Positions 39,257 to 50,500 of a DNA stretch of 64,000 nucleotides are shown here, piece after piece (position 1 is the first letter of the stretch; every line of letters begins with the position of its first letter). The DNA comes from Bacilli bacterium (GTDB lineage: Bacteria; Bacillota_I; Bacilli_A; RFN20; CAG-826). The translations under genes and the position numbers were made by a program. The DNA is taken from positions 11,161 to 75,160 of the forward strand of contig JAFRPF010000031.1 of assembly GCA_017429285.1 (NCBI GenBank), written 5' to 3'. A model generated the notes under the pieces. The model was not told the origin of the DNA and did not search any database. It saw only the letters and a list, made by a program, of their open reading frames with translations.

Positions 39257-39997
39257 ATGAAGTTTATCAATATTCCGAAAGATAAGTTGAAGAAATATTT
39301 AAAAATATTACTTGTTTTAGTAATTGTCGCCGCGATCAGCATTTCTTTATATTTCATCTTAAGAGCGGCTGGTTTAACCGATGTTAACAAATTAAAAGGC
39401 TGGTTAAAGTCTGTTGGCCCATGGGCTATTATCTGCTACATCCTTTTAAGAGTGGCTTGCACTATATTCTTATCATTTATGCCCGCCACTAGCATGATTT
39501 TTGATCTACTTTCTCTCGCGACATTTGATTATTTAAATCCAATCTATATTTTCTTAATCTGTTTCTTAAGTGTTATTTTGACTTCTGTTGTCATGGATTT
39601 AATCGGTCGCTTCGGTGGTAATAAAGCGATCGTTAAAATCTTAGGACAAAAAGAATATGATGAAGCCAAAGATCTCGTGCAAGAAAAAGGAATGGTTTAT
39701 GTTCCTGTTATGTATCTACTTCCCATCTTCCCAGATGACGCGATATGTATGGTTTCAGGAGCCACAAAGATGAACTTCTGGGTTCACCTCGCGGAAATCA
39801 TTTTATGTCGAGGTATAGGATGTGCGACTGTCATATTTGGTGTTCAAATTATTCCAAAAGGTGTCTCAAGTTTCACTAGCACCAATCCATTAGAATATTT
39901 ACAAGTTATCTTCTTAATCGTCGCTTATTTAGGTTTATTACTTTATTTAGCGAGACGAGTTGATAAATGGTTGACTGCGAAACTAAAGAAAAAATAA
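39257..39997 (+). CDS. TVP38/TMEM64 (DedA/SNARE-associated) family membrane protein
   Basis: 246 aa multi-TM; ..YLLPIFPDDAICMVSGATKM.. matches the conserved re-entrant loop motif of the family. Confidence 0.5.
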   Translation: MKFINIPKDKLKKYLKILLVLVIVAAISISLYFILRAAGLTDVNKLKGWLKSVGPWAIICYILLRVACTIFLSFMPATSMIFDLLSLATFDYLNPIYIFLICFLSVILTSVVMDLIGRFGGNKAIVKILGQKEYDEAKDLVQEKGMVYVPVMYLLPIFPDDAICMVSGATKMNFWVHLAEIILCRGIGCATVIFGVQIIPKGVSSFTSTNPLEYLQVIFLIVAYLGLLLYLARRVDKWLTAKLKKK

Positions 39998-40013
39998 AAG
40001 GGTATAAACCCTC

Positions 40014-40982
40014 TTATAAGATTTTAACTCCTTGTTTCAGGAGTTTTTCTTTATATTCATCATCCCAATATGATGATTGCACTTCTCCAATATGTTTCTT
40101 TTTTAAATAAAACATACATAATCTAGATTGACCAATACCACCACCGATGGTTAATGGTAATTCATCATTATTAATCATCTGACAGTACGGATTATTTAAT
40201 TTATCTAATTCACCTTTATATTTTAATTGTTTATATAAAGATTCTTTATTGACTCTTATACCCATTGAAGATAATTCAATTGGAGAATCGATAGTCTCAT
40301 CAAAAAGAATAATATCGCCATTAAGTTTCCAATCATCATAGTCCGCTGCGCGTCCATCATGAGGTAATTTATTTTTAAGTGGCCAGCCTATCTCGTAGAT
40401 AAATACCGCTTTTAAGGCTTTGGAGATTAAATATTCTCTTTCTTTAGGAGTTTTACTAGGATATCTCTTTTCAAGCTCCTTGGTGGATATTTTCGCTATT
40501 TTGCTCGGTAAATCGTATTTAAATCCCCACTTCTTCTCGCTTATTAAAGAAACTTTATAGATGACAGAATAGATTTGAGAAACAATTTTAAATAAGTATC
40601 TCTTATTTCTATCTTCTTTTTTAATAATCTTTTCCCAATCCCATTGGTCGACATAGATAGAATGAAGATTATCCATCTCTTCATCTTTTCTAATCGCATT
40701 CATATCGGTATATAAACCTGTTTCTAATGGGAAATCATATTTCTTTAAAGCGTATCTTTTCCATTTCGCTAAAGATTGAACGATTTCTAGTTTTTTATCT
40801 TTAACTAGAAAACTGACTCTTTCTTCATGTCCGTTCAGTTCATCATTTAAACCGCTTTCTTCTTCTAAGAATAAAGGCGCGGACACTCTAATAAGATTTA
40901 GTTTTTTCGCTAATAAAGTTTCAAATGTATCTTTTAGATATTTAATGGCGATTTGTGTTTCTAATAGTGTTAATTCTTTCAT
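40014..40982 (-). CDS. asnA: Aspartate--ammonia ligase (asparagine synthetase A)
   Basis: 322 aa; class II aaRS-like AsnA fold; conserved ...SSMGIRVN... and QSRLCMF motifs. Confidence 0.85.
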   Translation of the reverse strand: MKELTLLETQIAIKYLKDTFETLLAKKLNLIRVSAPLFLEEESGLNDELNGHEERVSFLVKDKKLEIVQSLAKWKRYALKKYDFPLETGLYTDMNAIRKDEEMDNLHSIYVDQWDWEKIIKKEDRNKRYLFKIVSQIYSVIYKVSLISEKKWGFKYDLPSKIAKISTKELEKRYPSKTPKEREYLISKALKAVFIYEIGWPLKNKLPHDGRAADYDDWKLNGDIILFDETIDSPIELSSMGIRVNKESLYKQLKYKGELDKLNNPYCQMINNDELPLTIGGGIGQSRLCMFYLKKKHIGEVQSSYWDDEYKEKLLKQGVKIL

Positions 40983-41073
40983 ATCCCCATAATCATAAAG
41001 AAATATCTTTAAAAGGGCAATAGAAAAGGCCCTGATAAATCAGAGCCAGTTCTTATTAGTTAATAGTTTCTAA

Positions 41074-42387
41074 TTAGTAGACACGAACAGAGCTAACATT
41101 AGAGAATTCCACACTCTCGTTAGCGTATTTCATATCGAAACTAACGTATAGTTTTTCTCCCATTAAGGAAGCATTAAGGCTACTAGAAGCAACATAAACT
41201 TGATTACCTTCAACTTCTTTCGCTTCAAAGCTCATCTTCGCCATGTTATCGCCTAAGCTTAAACCTTTTTCAATAACGACTTCTTCTCCGCCTGCGGCAT
41301 ATCCCTTACTAAATTTAACAGAGAATTTTGGAGCAAAAGCGTTATTTCCACTGATATTTTCAAAGTTCAAAGTTCCTTCAAAATGGACTGAACCATCATC
41401 CTTAATAGTGAATTTGCTATCGTTAAGTGTTGGTAATTCGCTACTTGGTGTATATGTTCCACTTTCAGAATTATAGTCGCCAACGGTTGAACTACTTTCT
41501 AATTCAATAACAAATGGATTCGCATATTTGGTTTTGAAAGTGTTAATCGCGGCTTCATTAGCGGCTTTTTTACCATATTTTAATTCAAGTGTAGAAGTTT
41601 CTTTTTCAATCACTCTTTCTTTAGCAAATGGGACATTAAGCGAATCATCATAGTTTGATGTGGTTTCGCTAAATCTAGTCATTCTTGTGATTTCAAACTT
41701 GGAATTGAAGGAGAAAACTGATTGGCTCTTTTCCACTTCTAACTTATCGAATGTTTCATCGCCACGTACAACCGCGGTATGGGTTTCAGTAATATCAGAA
41801 CTAACAGTGATATAAGAGTTTTTGCCTTCTTTATAAAATTCCAATTGAGCAATTCCAAAAGGTTGTACAACATTTTGCCAAAGCATTCTCTTATAGAATT
41901 GTTCTTTAAGTGTTGGTAATTCAGTTTCAGAGATTTGCATGAAGTAACTAAATGGTAATTCTTCATATTGCTCACTAACCGTGCCAACCACTTTCTTTTC
42001 TTCGTCTAAATAAATGTAGCTATTTTCTTCTTCAACAAAAGAATATTTATATGATGGCTCTTCCACTTTAGTGGTTTCTTTATTCTTCGTTTCTAAATAG
42101 AAACCTTCATATGCCTTACCATCAATTTCGATTGATGTTTCACTCTTTCTATTTTCGCTTGGAGAACTTAAACGGTAACCTGTACCTTTCATTTCTTTTA
42201 GATCAGAAAGTTTGTTAAAAACACCATCTAATAATTTAGCTTTTTCAATCTCAGTAACTGGATCTCCGCTGAATTTAAATTCTTCAAATTTGACCTCGCT
42301 ACTCTTTTTATTTGAACAAGCCGCTAAAGAGAGAGGAAGTAAGATACTAGTAGCTAAAATAATTATTTTCTTTTTCATTTTATTCAT
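41074..42387 (-). CDS. Surface lipoprotein, paralog family member A
   Basis: 437 aa; lipobox LSLAACSN; shares N- and C-terminal blocks with the two adjacent genes. Confidence 0.6.
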   Translation of the reverse strand: MNKMKKKIIILATSILLPLSLAACSNKKSSEVKFEEFKFSGDPVTEIEKAKLLDGVFNKLSDLKEMKGTGYRLSSPSENRKSETSIEIDGKAYEGFYLETKNKETTKVEEPSYKYSFVEEENSYIYLDEEKKVVGTVSEQYEELPFSYFMQISETELPTLKEQFYKRMLWQNVVQPFGIAQLEFYKEGKNSYITVSSDITETHTAVVRGDETFDKLEVEKSQSVFSFNSKFEITRMTRFSETTSNYDDSLNVPFAKERVIEKETSTLELKYGKKAANEAAINTFKTKYANPFVIELESSSTVGDYNSESGTYTPSSELPTLNDSKFTIKDDGSVHFEGTLNFENISGNNAFAPKFSVKFSKGYAAGGEEVVIEKGLSLGDNMAKMSFEAKEVEGNQVYVASSSLNASLMGEKLYVSFDMKYANESVEFSNVSSVRVY

Positions 42388-42397
42388 CCTTCTTTCT

Positions 42398-43702
42398 TTA
42401 CATCATATTGGAGAAATATGGAACGACAGTAACATTTTCAAAGCTTAATGTGTTCTCGTTAGTTAAAGAGACATCATAAGAGATTAAGAAACTGCCGCCT
42501 GCTGGCATTGCATCATATGTATAAACAACATACGCTTCTGTTCCTTCACCAATTTTTACTTCAGTAAATCCGAATGGTTCTAAAGCTTCTTTTAAAGGTA
42601 ATGTGCCTCTAGCGATATCAACCGTGCCTTGGTAACCATTAGGACGATAATTTAAAGAGTTAGTAATTTTAAGAGCGTTTTGTTCATTAGAACCGTTATA
42701 AATTCTAATATCATAATGACGTTTCACTAAAGATAAATCTTCTCTTTTGATTATATCTCTAAACATAGTACCTTGTTGGGTAAATGTCTTGGAATCTTTA
42801 TCGTAGGAACCTGTTTCAACATCCATACCGGTTGTATCATCAGATAACTGTTTTCCATAGAATTCGCTGACAATCGCGGAGAATTTAGCCGCACCATCTT
42901 CTTTATCACCATAAGTGACAGTCTTTTTCTCAGTGGTTTCTTCAACTACAACTGGTTTATCGATATAGTGCTCATAAGAAGGAACGTTACTTTGTTCATC
43001 TTTAAATAGTGTCCAAGAAACAATCTTGTAAGCTTCATCAATCTTTAAAACTTCTTGTTTACGACTGATATCGATTCTTTCTTTGTGATGCTGATCATCA
43101 CCATATTCATCAAAGGTATGTTCTTCTTCATACATTTCATTTATTGCATAATAGAATTTGCCCTCTTTAAAGAGTTTGCCTTCATCAAAGACATCACCGA
43201 CATCAGTTAAGAAACGATTATTTAATGCTTCTCTTCTAGCTTTAAGAGCATCTTCATCAGCAATTTCTTCAACATTATTGTAATAACGGGTCGCCTTTCT
43301 ATAGTCAACAGAGATCATTTTTTCTCCATCGACCCATTCATATTCATCAGTCGTCACTTTTTCAGTGGTGATAATATGATTTACTTTTGTGCGAACTTCA
43401 GAATTAGAGATTTCGTTCACGAAATATCCGTTATATAAGGTTGTTTCAATCGTGCCTTCAGCATTCATGCAGTCATCGTAGTCGCCATAAACATAATTTG
43501 TTTTTTCGCTCTTTACGCTCTTGATTTGTTTCGCTGCCTCTAAGACTTCAAACATAATACGATCACGTTCAAATCCAGTGACTTCAGCTTCAAAATTAAA
43601 TTGTTGGAAAGTAACTTTATCTGTATCTTTTTTCTTATTGGAACAACCAGATAACACTAAAGGTAAGAGTAACGCTGTTCCTAAAATAATTTTCTTATTC
43701 AT
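42398..43702 (-). CDS. Surface lipoprotein, paralog family member B
   Basis: 434 aa; lipobox LVLSGCSN; paralog of A and C. Confidence 0.6.
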   Translation of the reverse strand: MNKKIILGTALLLPLVLSGCSNKKKDTDKVTFQQFNFEAEVTGFERDRIMFEVLEAAKQIKSVKSEKTNYVYGDYDDCMNAEGTIETTLYNGYFVNEISNSEVRTKVNHIITTEKVTTDEYEWVDGEKMISVDYRKATRYYNNVEEIADEDALKARREALNNRFLTDVGDVFDEGKLFKEGKFYYAINEMYEEEHTFDEYGDDQHHKERIDISRKQEVLKIDEAYKIVSWTLFKDEQSNVPSYEHYIDKPVVVEETTEKKTVTYGDKEDGAAKFSAIVSEFYGKQLSDDTTGMDVETGSYDKDSKTFTQQGTMFRDIIKREDLSLVKRHYDIRIYNGSNEQNALKITNSLNYRPNGYQGTVDIARGTLPLKEALEPFGFTEVKIGEGTEAYVVYTYDAMPAGGSFLISYDVSLTNENTLSFENVTVVPYFSNMM

Positions 43703-43720
43703 CTTTATTCTCCTTTCCTA

Positions 43721-45019
43721 TTACATGACTTGGCTAACAAAGGCATCTAAGTTAGAAACAACCACTTCTGTTTGTGTTATTTCAACATCAAAACTTAAAT
43801 GTAAATAGCCATTGATCATTTGGCCTTCTGGTAAATAATAGACGACATCATGATCGACATTATTATTAACAGAATATCCACTTGGGAGTTTAGCTTGTAA
43901 GCCTTCAAATTCTTTATCGATTAAACCAACCCATTCATCAGATGGGATAATGTGATCGCTAGTATGACCAGCAAGACGTAATGAGAATGCATTAGCTTGA
44001 GCACCATTATTTAATGGAATAATAGCATCAACATGTCTCTTAGCGAATGTAATGAATTTCATTTCCATTTCATAAGTTGGAGTACTTGTGCTGTTATAAG
44101 TTTGAGCTTCAGCATTATAATTACCTAATGTTGTATTTAAGGATAAGTCGGCTAGTTGAACACTATTGTATTCAGCATTAATTTTCGCTAATCCTTTAGA
44201 ATTATCTTTTAATTTGCCATATTCAAATTTGATTTCATTATGGTTTTCGTTTAGTTTAATCATCTCTTCTCCCATAGGAGGTTCTGCTTGATAATGGTTG
44301 GCTTCCGCAAGATAATCATAGGAAAATTCCGTAACCTTAAATGACTTATTAATAGTCATGGTCATTTGTCTTTTGTTAGAACCTTTTTCCGTTAAAACAT
44401 CTTCGCCATATACCACTGGTGATTCAGATTCATAATAATATCTAAGGACAAAATTATAATTGTCACCTGACTTATAGGCATTAGCGTCCGTCATTTGACT
44501 CACAAACATACCAGGAATTTCACGATAGAAACTGGTTTTGAGTAATTCAAACTGTCCTTGTTCGTCGGTGTCAAAGAAGTGACCTTGTACTTCAATATCT
44601 TTATTGTGTTTGTCATTAATGACTGCAAGGTATTGTTTCTTTTCGTTGTCGACCCAATGATCTTCAGTAGTTTCACCTTCCACAACTGTTGTTACACCAT
44701 TAACCACATATGTAGTTTTTGTCTCTGCATCAGCGTGTGAATAATAGTTAGCATAGTTATAGACGACTTGTTTAGTTTCCGTTGTACTACTGGAGTTTTC
44801 ATTATTAGCTTCAAATGATTTTGTGCTCACAGTAAATTTCACAACTTCGTCCAGTTTTTGATAAGCAGCCCAAATAACATCTGCTTTTTCTTTATCAGAA
44901 AGTTCTTCACCGATGGATAGATCTTTCTTATAATCCACTCCTTTAGTCTTATTTGTACATGCTGTTATCATTGAAAGTGGTAGCAATAAAACAGCACCAA
45001 AAATAATCTTTTTTCTCAT
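43721..45019 (-). CDS. Surface lipoprotein, paralog family member C
   Basis: 432 aa; lipobox SMITACTN; paralog of A and B (C-terminal LSFDVEIT...VSNLDAFVSQVM block). Confidence 0.6.
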   Translation of the reverse strand: MRKKIIFGAVLLLPLSMITACTNKTKGVDYKKDLSIGEELSDKEKADVIWAAYQKLDEVVKFTVSTKSFEANNENSSSTTETKQVVYNYANYYSHADAETKTTYVVNGVTTVVEGETTEDHWVDNEKKQYLAVINDKHNKDIEVQGHFFDTDEQGQFELLKTSFYREIPGMFVSQMTDANAYKSGDNYNFVLRYYYESESPVVYGEDVLTEKGSNKRQMTMTINKSFKVTEFSYDYLAEANHYQAEPPMGEEMIKLNENHNEIKFEYGKLKDNSKGLAKINAEYNSVQLADLSLNTTLGNYNAEAQTYNSTSTPTYEMEMKFITFAKRHVDAIIPLNNGAQANAFSLRLAGHTSDHIIPSDEWVGLIDKEFEGLQAKLPSGYSVNNNVDHDVVYYLPEGQMINGYLHLSFDVEITQTEVVVSNLDAFVSQVM

Positions 45020-45106
45020 TTAATAAAGATTCCTTTCTGCCTTAATTATATAATAGAGAAATTTTTTAGCAACATGTCCGAGGAGACAAAAAGATATGTT
45101 AATGTC

Positions 45107-47506
45107 TTATAGAAACTTCTTTAAAGCCTTAAATACATGACCATTTACTAAAAGTAAGATACCTTCCGCGGTCTTTAAAGTCATCTTCCCACCCGCGCTA
45201 TAGCAAAGACTTCTTAAACAATTAGATAAAATCATCTTTTTCATAAATGTTCCGGATTTTATCACTCTGATTTTTTCTTGCTCATCTTGACATTTCTTCG
45301 CGGATTTTATGACTTTATCACCTTGATGTAGCATCGCTTTTTTAATGATCTTCCCGAAGAAGGTATTAAATTCATAGATCGGAGTTTCCATAGTATATGG
45401 CTTTTTCTTTTTGTAAGGTTCTACTTTTCTACCTAGATAGGAAAAATATGTTTCGTTATCAATATGAGTAATATCTTTTGATAAATAAATGTTTTCATTT
45501 TCTTTTAAAGATAATTTCTCACCATTAATATGAATCTTCTTAGTTTCATATATATGATTAGCGTCATCATTTAAATAGAAGATATAATCCGCGTCTTCAA
45601 TCTTTTCTAAATTAGAGGATGATTCATACACTTTTAAGTCATCCACTTTAATAGTTAAGCTAACTTCTTTTTCTTCTAATGGGGATAAGGCTACTTTCTT
45701 ATAAGCTTTTAATTCATATTTACTACGTGGAAGGGAGCTATTTTCTATTCCAACATATATTTGAGGAACGACTTCAATAGAAATATCACTATCGTTTTTC
45801 ACCTTAAAGGAAACGATTATTTCCTTATTATCCTTATTATTAATATATAAATTATAGAAATGATATTTCCCATATGTTAAACCGTAACCAAATGGGAACA
45901 ATACTTTCTTATCAAAAGAAGAATAATAACGATATCCGACATATATCGATTCTTTATATAGCTCAATTGGAGAGGAATCGTACTCACTATAATAAGGAAC
46001 ATCTTCATATCTATTCATCCAGGTAAACGCTAAATGTCCAGAAGGAGATGTTTCTCCAAATAGTAATTTATAACAAGCTTCTCCACCCATCTCGCCAGGT
46101 AGATTCATAAATAACAAACTATTTAATTTATCAATAAACGGCATCTCAAAAGGAGATCCACCAAACATGATAAAGACAATCTTTTTATTTTGTTTTACTA
46201 ATTCGTTAATGAGATGGATTTGATTAATAGGGAGTTTCATATCTTTTCGATCAAATCCTTCTGATTCAGATAGATCAGTTAATCCACCGAAGAATAAAAT
46301 AACATCAGCATCGCTAGCGCCATTAATCGCTTCGATTTCTAATTTAGAATTTATCTTTTCTTTATTTTCTTCATAACCCGGATAGAAACGATATTTTACT
46401 TCATGGTTGTCAAAAGCTTTCTTATTATCAATAACCTCATAAGCATTGATTAAAGATGATCCGCCACCTTGATATCTCATCTTATTAAATAGGTCACCAA
46501 TAATGACATATTCTTTATTCTTATCTAACGGTAAAAGATTATTTTCATTCTTTAATAAGACTGCACTTTTTATAGCGGATTTTAAGGCAATTTCTTTATT
46601 TTTATCAAATATCTGCGCCTTTTTTGATGTTTTTACTCTTGTTTTATTAATTGTTTCTAATAATCTAAAAACTGATTCATCTAAGGTAGATTCTTTAATT
46701 AATCCAGACTCCACACCTTTCACTATTTTTAAGATGTTTTCTTCTATCATGCCTGGCATCTCTAAATCTTGAGACATATTTAAAGAGATATCTCTATTCA
46801 CCATTCCACCCCAATCGGTAATGGTTAATCCATCATAATGATATTTATCTCTTAAGATATCTTTTAATAAATATTTATTCTCACTAGCGTGATAACCATT
46901 AACCTTGTTATAGGCGGTCATGATTAAACCAGGATGAGAATTATTAATGACAATTTGATATCCCTTTAAATATATTTCATTTAGTGCTTTTAGATCGATA
47001 ATCGAATCACCGATATATCGATAATCTTCTAAATTATTACCAGCGTAATGTTTTAGACACGCTAATACTTTATTTTGTTGTAAGCCGTTAACAAAATTAG
47101 AACATAAGGTCCCTGTTAAATATGGATCTTCCGATAAATATTCAAAATTTCTTCCACATAATGGATTTCTTTTAATATTTATCGCTGGTCCTAATAAAAC
47201 ATTAATATCGTAATATAAACATTCTTGAGCGATGCTATTGCCAACTTCAAATAATAAATCATTATCGAATGAACAGGCTAATGCGCTTCCACATGGAAAG
47301 CAAGTCGCTGGTAATGTGTGAATAGTGTTATTAATATCAACATTACCTTCGCTCTCTTTTCTAACCCCATTAGGTCCATCACTCATCGTTAAGCTAGGTA
47401 TAGCCAAAGGCTTCACTGGTCGAGTGGCCATATTCTGGTACCCAACTAATAGTGAAGCCTTTTGATAAATAGTTAGTTTTTTTAATACTTCTTTACTATC
47501 AAGCAT
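45107..47506 (-). CDS. Glycoside hydrolase family 3 beta-glucosidase (BglX-like), cytoplasmic
   Basis: 799 aa; GH3 N-terminal domain (KHYAGNN, nucleophile-region LTITDWGG), alpha/beta sandwich and FnIII-like C-terminal domains; no signal peptide; start ATG overlaps upstream stop (TAATG). Confidence 0.8.
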   Translation of the reverse strand: MLDSKEVLKKLTIYQKASLLVGYQNMATRPVKPLAIPSLTMSDGPNGVRKESEGNVDINNTIHTLPATCFPCGSALACSFDNDLLFEVGNSIAQECLYYDINVLLGPAINIKRNPLCGRNFEYLSEDPYLTGTLCSNFVNGLQQNKVLACLKHYAGNNLEDYRYIGDSIIDLKALNEIYLKGYQIVINNSHPGLIMTAYNKVNGYHASENKYLLKDILRDKYHYDGLTITDWGGMVNRDISLNMSQDLEMPGMIEENILKIVKGVESGLIKESTLDESVFRLLETINKTRVKTSKKAQIFDKNKEIALKSAIKSAVLLKNENNLLPLDKNKEYVIIGDLFNKMRYQGGGSSLINAYEVIDNKKAFDNHEVKYRFYPGYEENKEKINSKLEIEAINGASDADVILFFGGLTDLSESEGFDRKDMKLPINQIHLINELVKQNKKIVFIMFGGSPFEMPFIDKLNSLLFMNLPGEMGGEACYKLLFGETSPSGHLAFTWMNRYEDVPYYSEYDSSPIELYKESIYVGYRYYSSFDKKVLFPFGYGLTYGKYHFYNLYINNKDNKEIIVSFKVKNDSDISIEVVPQIYVGIENSSLPRSKYELKAYKKVALSPLEEKEVSLTIKVDDLKVYESSSNLEKIEDADYIFYLNDDANHIYETKKIHINGEKLSLKENENIYLSKDITHIDNETYFSYLGRKVEPYKKKKPYTMETPIYEFNTFFGKIIKKAMLHQGDKVIKSAKKCQDEQEKIRVIKSGTFMKKMILSNCLRSLCYSAGGKMTLKTAEGILLLVNGHVFKALKKFL

Positions 47507-50500
47507 TATTTATTTTTCTTATTTTTGATTAAGAAGTAAATACCAACTCCAACACCACCTAAAACGATAACAGAGCCAATAATCACTGGAATCGCCCAGG
47601 CTAAGACGTTAATTGATTTTTTACTTCCGCCACCTTCAGATGTTGAACCACTGGAAGAACCACCACTTGTTGGATCTTCTGATGTTCCTCCACCATTACT
47701 AACGGTAATTGTGAATGAAGTATGTTTAGTAATCTCACCAGCGGTATAACTAACATCAACTGTATATGTTCCAGCTTGATTCATGTTATAACCACTAAAT
47801 GTGGCTTCATTTGTGACATCAACTGGATCACCGAATTCAAACTGTGCCATAACGGTTGGTTTGACAAATTCATCACCAACATTATATGTAGTGACTGGAT
47901 TAGTAACGCTGATTGACTCTAAATCGTTATGATCGTTAGAAACGATTTCGATATCATAAACACATTTAAATTCAGTATTTAATTTATAAGTAACAGTGAT
48001 TTGTTTAATACCGACTTGAGCTTCGGTAAATGGAACGCCTTCGTCTGGTTGTCCAGTAATGACGTAATCAGAAGCATCTAATGGCTCTCTAGTGTTATCG
48101 GAGAAGACTGCTTTGACTTGACCTCCGAAGGAGAAATATTCACCAACGATGAAGACATTTTTCATGCCGCTTACTTCAATACCAACCATAACGTGTTGGC
48201 TAGAAGGTTTAACATTAATTGTATAAGATGTTTCAACACCCATATAGGTAACTGTGACAGATTTTTGTCCAGCGGTTAACATATCAGGAGTTTCCACTTG
48301 GAAACCAGTGCTGATAACATCAAATGCTCCACCACCCCAATTTACTTTAATCTTTAATCCTGAATAGGAGAATGTTTCTCCAACTTCAAATTCTGTATCG
48401 TGTGTGGAACTTGTATCAACTTCAATTGATTGAGGTTTCTTTAATGTGACATCCTCATAAATTTCAATATCACTGGTGTTGGCCATTTTGATTTTGTCAG
48501 CATCAGAATTATAAGACATATATAAATAGTCGGTTTGAGATTTGCTTTCAATATAAACAGTGTCATAGGTGTCGGTTCTAGTAATAGAAACTTCCCAAAC
48601 TGCTGCGGGAACAACGCTGGTATTATATTCTAATGCTTTTCCATTAGCGGATAGATATTCACCACTATCTAAATCTCTAAAGGCCCATCCACCATTAGTG
48701 ACTTTTTCAACTTCAAAGACTTTTTCACCATGTGGACGATATGTAAATTCTTTGACTTCGAAGTTTTCATTATACATTTCTAAATTATCACTACCTGCGG
48801 CAAAGACAACATGATCCCCAGCAGTAATAGATGGTGATAATTCAAATTTAGCTTGTGTAACATTAACTGGATAAGTCGCCACACAGTTGTCATAAACAAC
48901 TCTAATTTCTTCTGTATCTGAAGTAATAACTTCTGGATCCAGAGTGTACTTATCACTTGCTACTTCTTCGACCCTATCTGGACCGATACCAGCAGAATCT
49001 TTATATGTGGCAGTAACCACTAAACCAGTTTTGTTTGTGGTTTCACCAACAAAGTAATCTTTTTGTGCGTTAGTAGCGTCCACTGCAATTTCACTACAGT
49101 AATAACCAGTCACTGTAATTCCAGAAACGGTCACTGTTCTTTCCGCACCACTTAATTGGATACGACCAGTTACGGATGTATTGCCCGCTATTAGTGCATC
49201 CCAAGTGACGCTACCAGTAACATCTAAACTGAAGGTTTCAAATGTCGCGGTGATTGTTAAACCAGTTGCGTCAAATTCTTCACCTTCGTTGTAGGTGTCT
49301 TTAGTTAGTGTTCCACTATAGGAAAGGGAATTAAATTCTTGAGTAACTAATAAACCAATCTTGTTGTTATTTTCTTGTTGAACGTCACTACCAGAAATAA
49401 ATCCGCCAGAAATATGTTGTAAATATCTACCTTCGGTATCAATTAAATTGAATATTTCAACACCAGAAGTTGGGCGAGAAACAACCCAGTATGTGGTTGG
49501 TTCACTAACAAATGCTAAATAAGCAGTGCTAGCGCCCTTTTCAACGTAGGAATCACCTTGTCTAATGTAATAAGAGTTATCAGCTTTATTTGCTCTTTCA
49601 AATAAGAAAACGCTTGAACCGTCACTATAATTAATGTCGGTTACATTATTTCTTGGATTGGTTGTAGACATACCGACTTTAAAAGTATAGTCGGTAATAA
49701 TATATTCATTAGATGTTAATACATCATAAACATAGTTATGAACTGTAATTGTACAGCTAGCTTGTCTTATAATTGTGCCGTCAGATGCGGTACATGTCGC
49801 TGTCGCAACACCTTCACCTTCATAAGTAACAATAACAGTTTGATCGCTATCACTATCTAATGATAAGACAGCAGTATCGCTCACTTCCCAATGATAGGAT
49901 GTTGGTTCATACCCTGTAGTTGGAGTAGCAGTTAAACTGATGCTATCACCAGTAGGACCACTGGCTTCAGTTTCATTTAAGGTAATGTTTTCATTGCCTC
50001 CAGAATATTTAAAAACTGAAACATCTACCATACCACTACTAGAAGCTGTATATTCACCAAAAACATTGTTTTGAGGATTCAATTTGATCATTCTTGTCGT
50101 AAATCCGACATTAGTAAATGTAGCAACACCATCGGCATCAATTGCAATTGTCCAAGATGATGATGCTGTAATGGTTGTTTCTACGGCTAATTTTGTATCA
50201 TTTTTGCCAGCAATATATTTGCCATTTTCATTTTTAAACGCAAACGAAGTATCTGTGTAACCTTGTTCAAGAGTTAAAACCATTGCGGAACCAGAATCAT
50301 CAGTGAAAGAATCTAGACCGCTTGATTTAGTAACTGATGCACCTACATATCTATCATTGTTAATTGTGCCTGTCATAACATAAGCAACACTTCCAGCGCT
50401 AGCGATCACAATTTCATCGCCAACTGCTAAATCATTTGTTTTAACAATGCTATATTTAGCTTTAGCAGGAGCAGCGCTAACATTTACATTAAATGATGTA

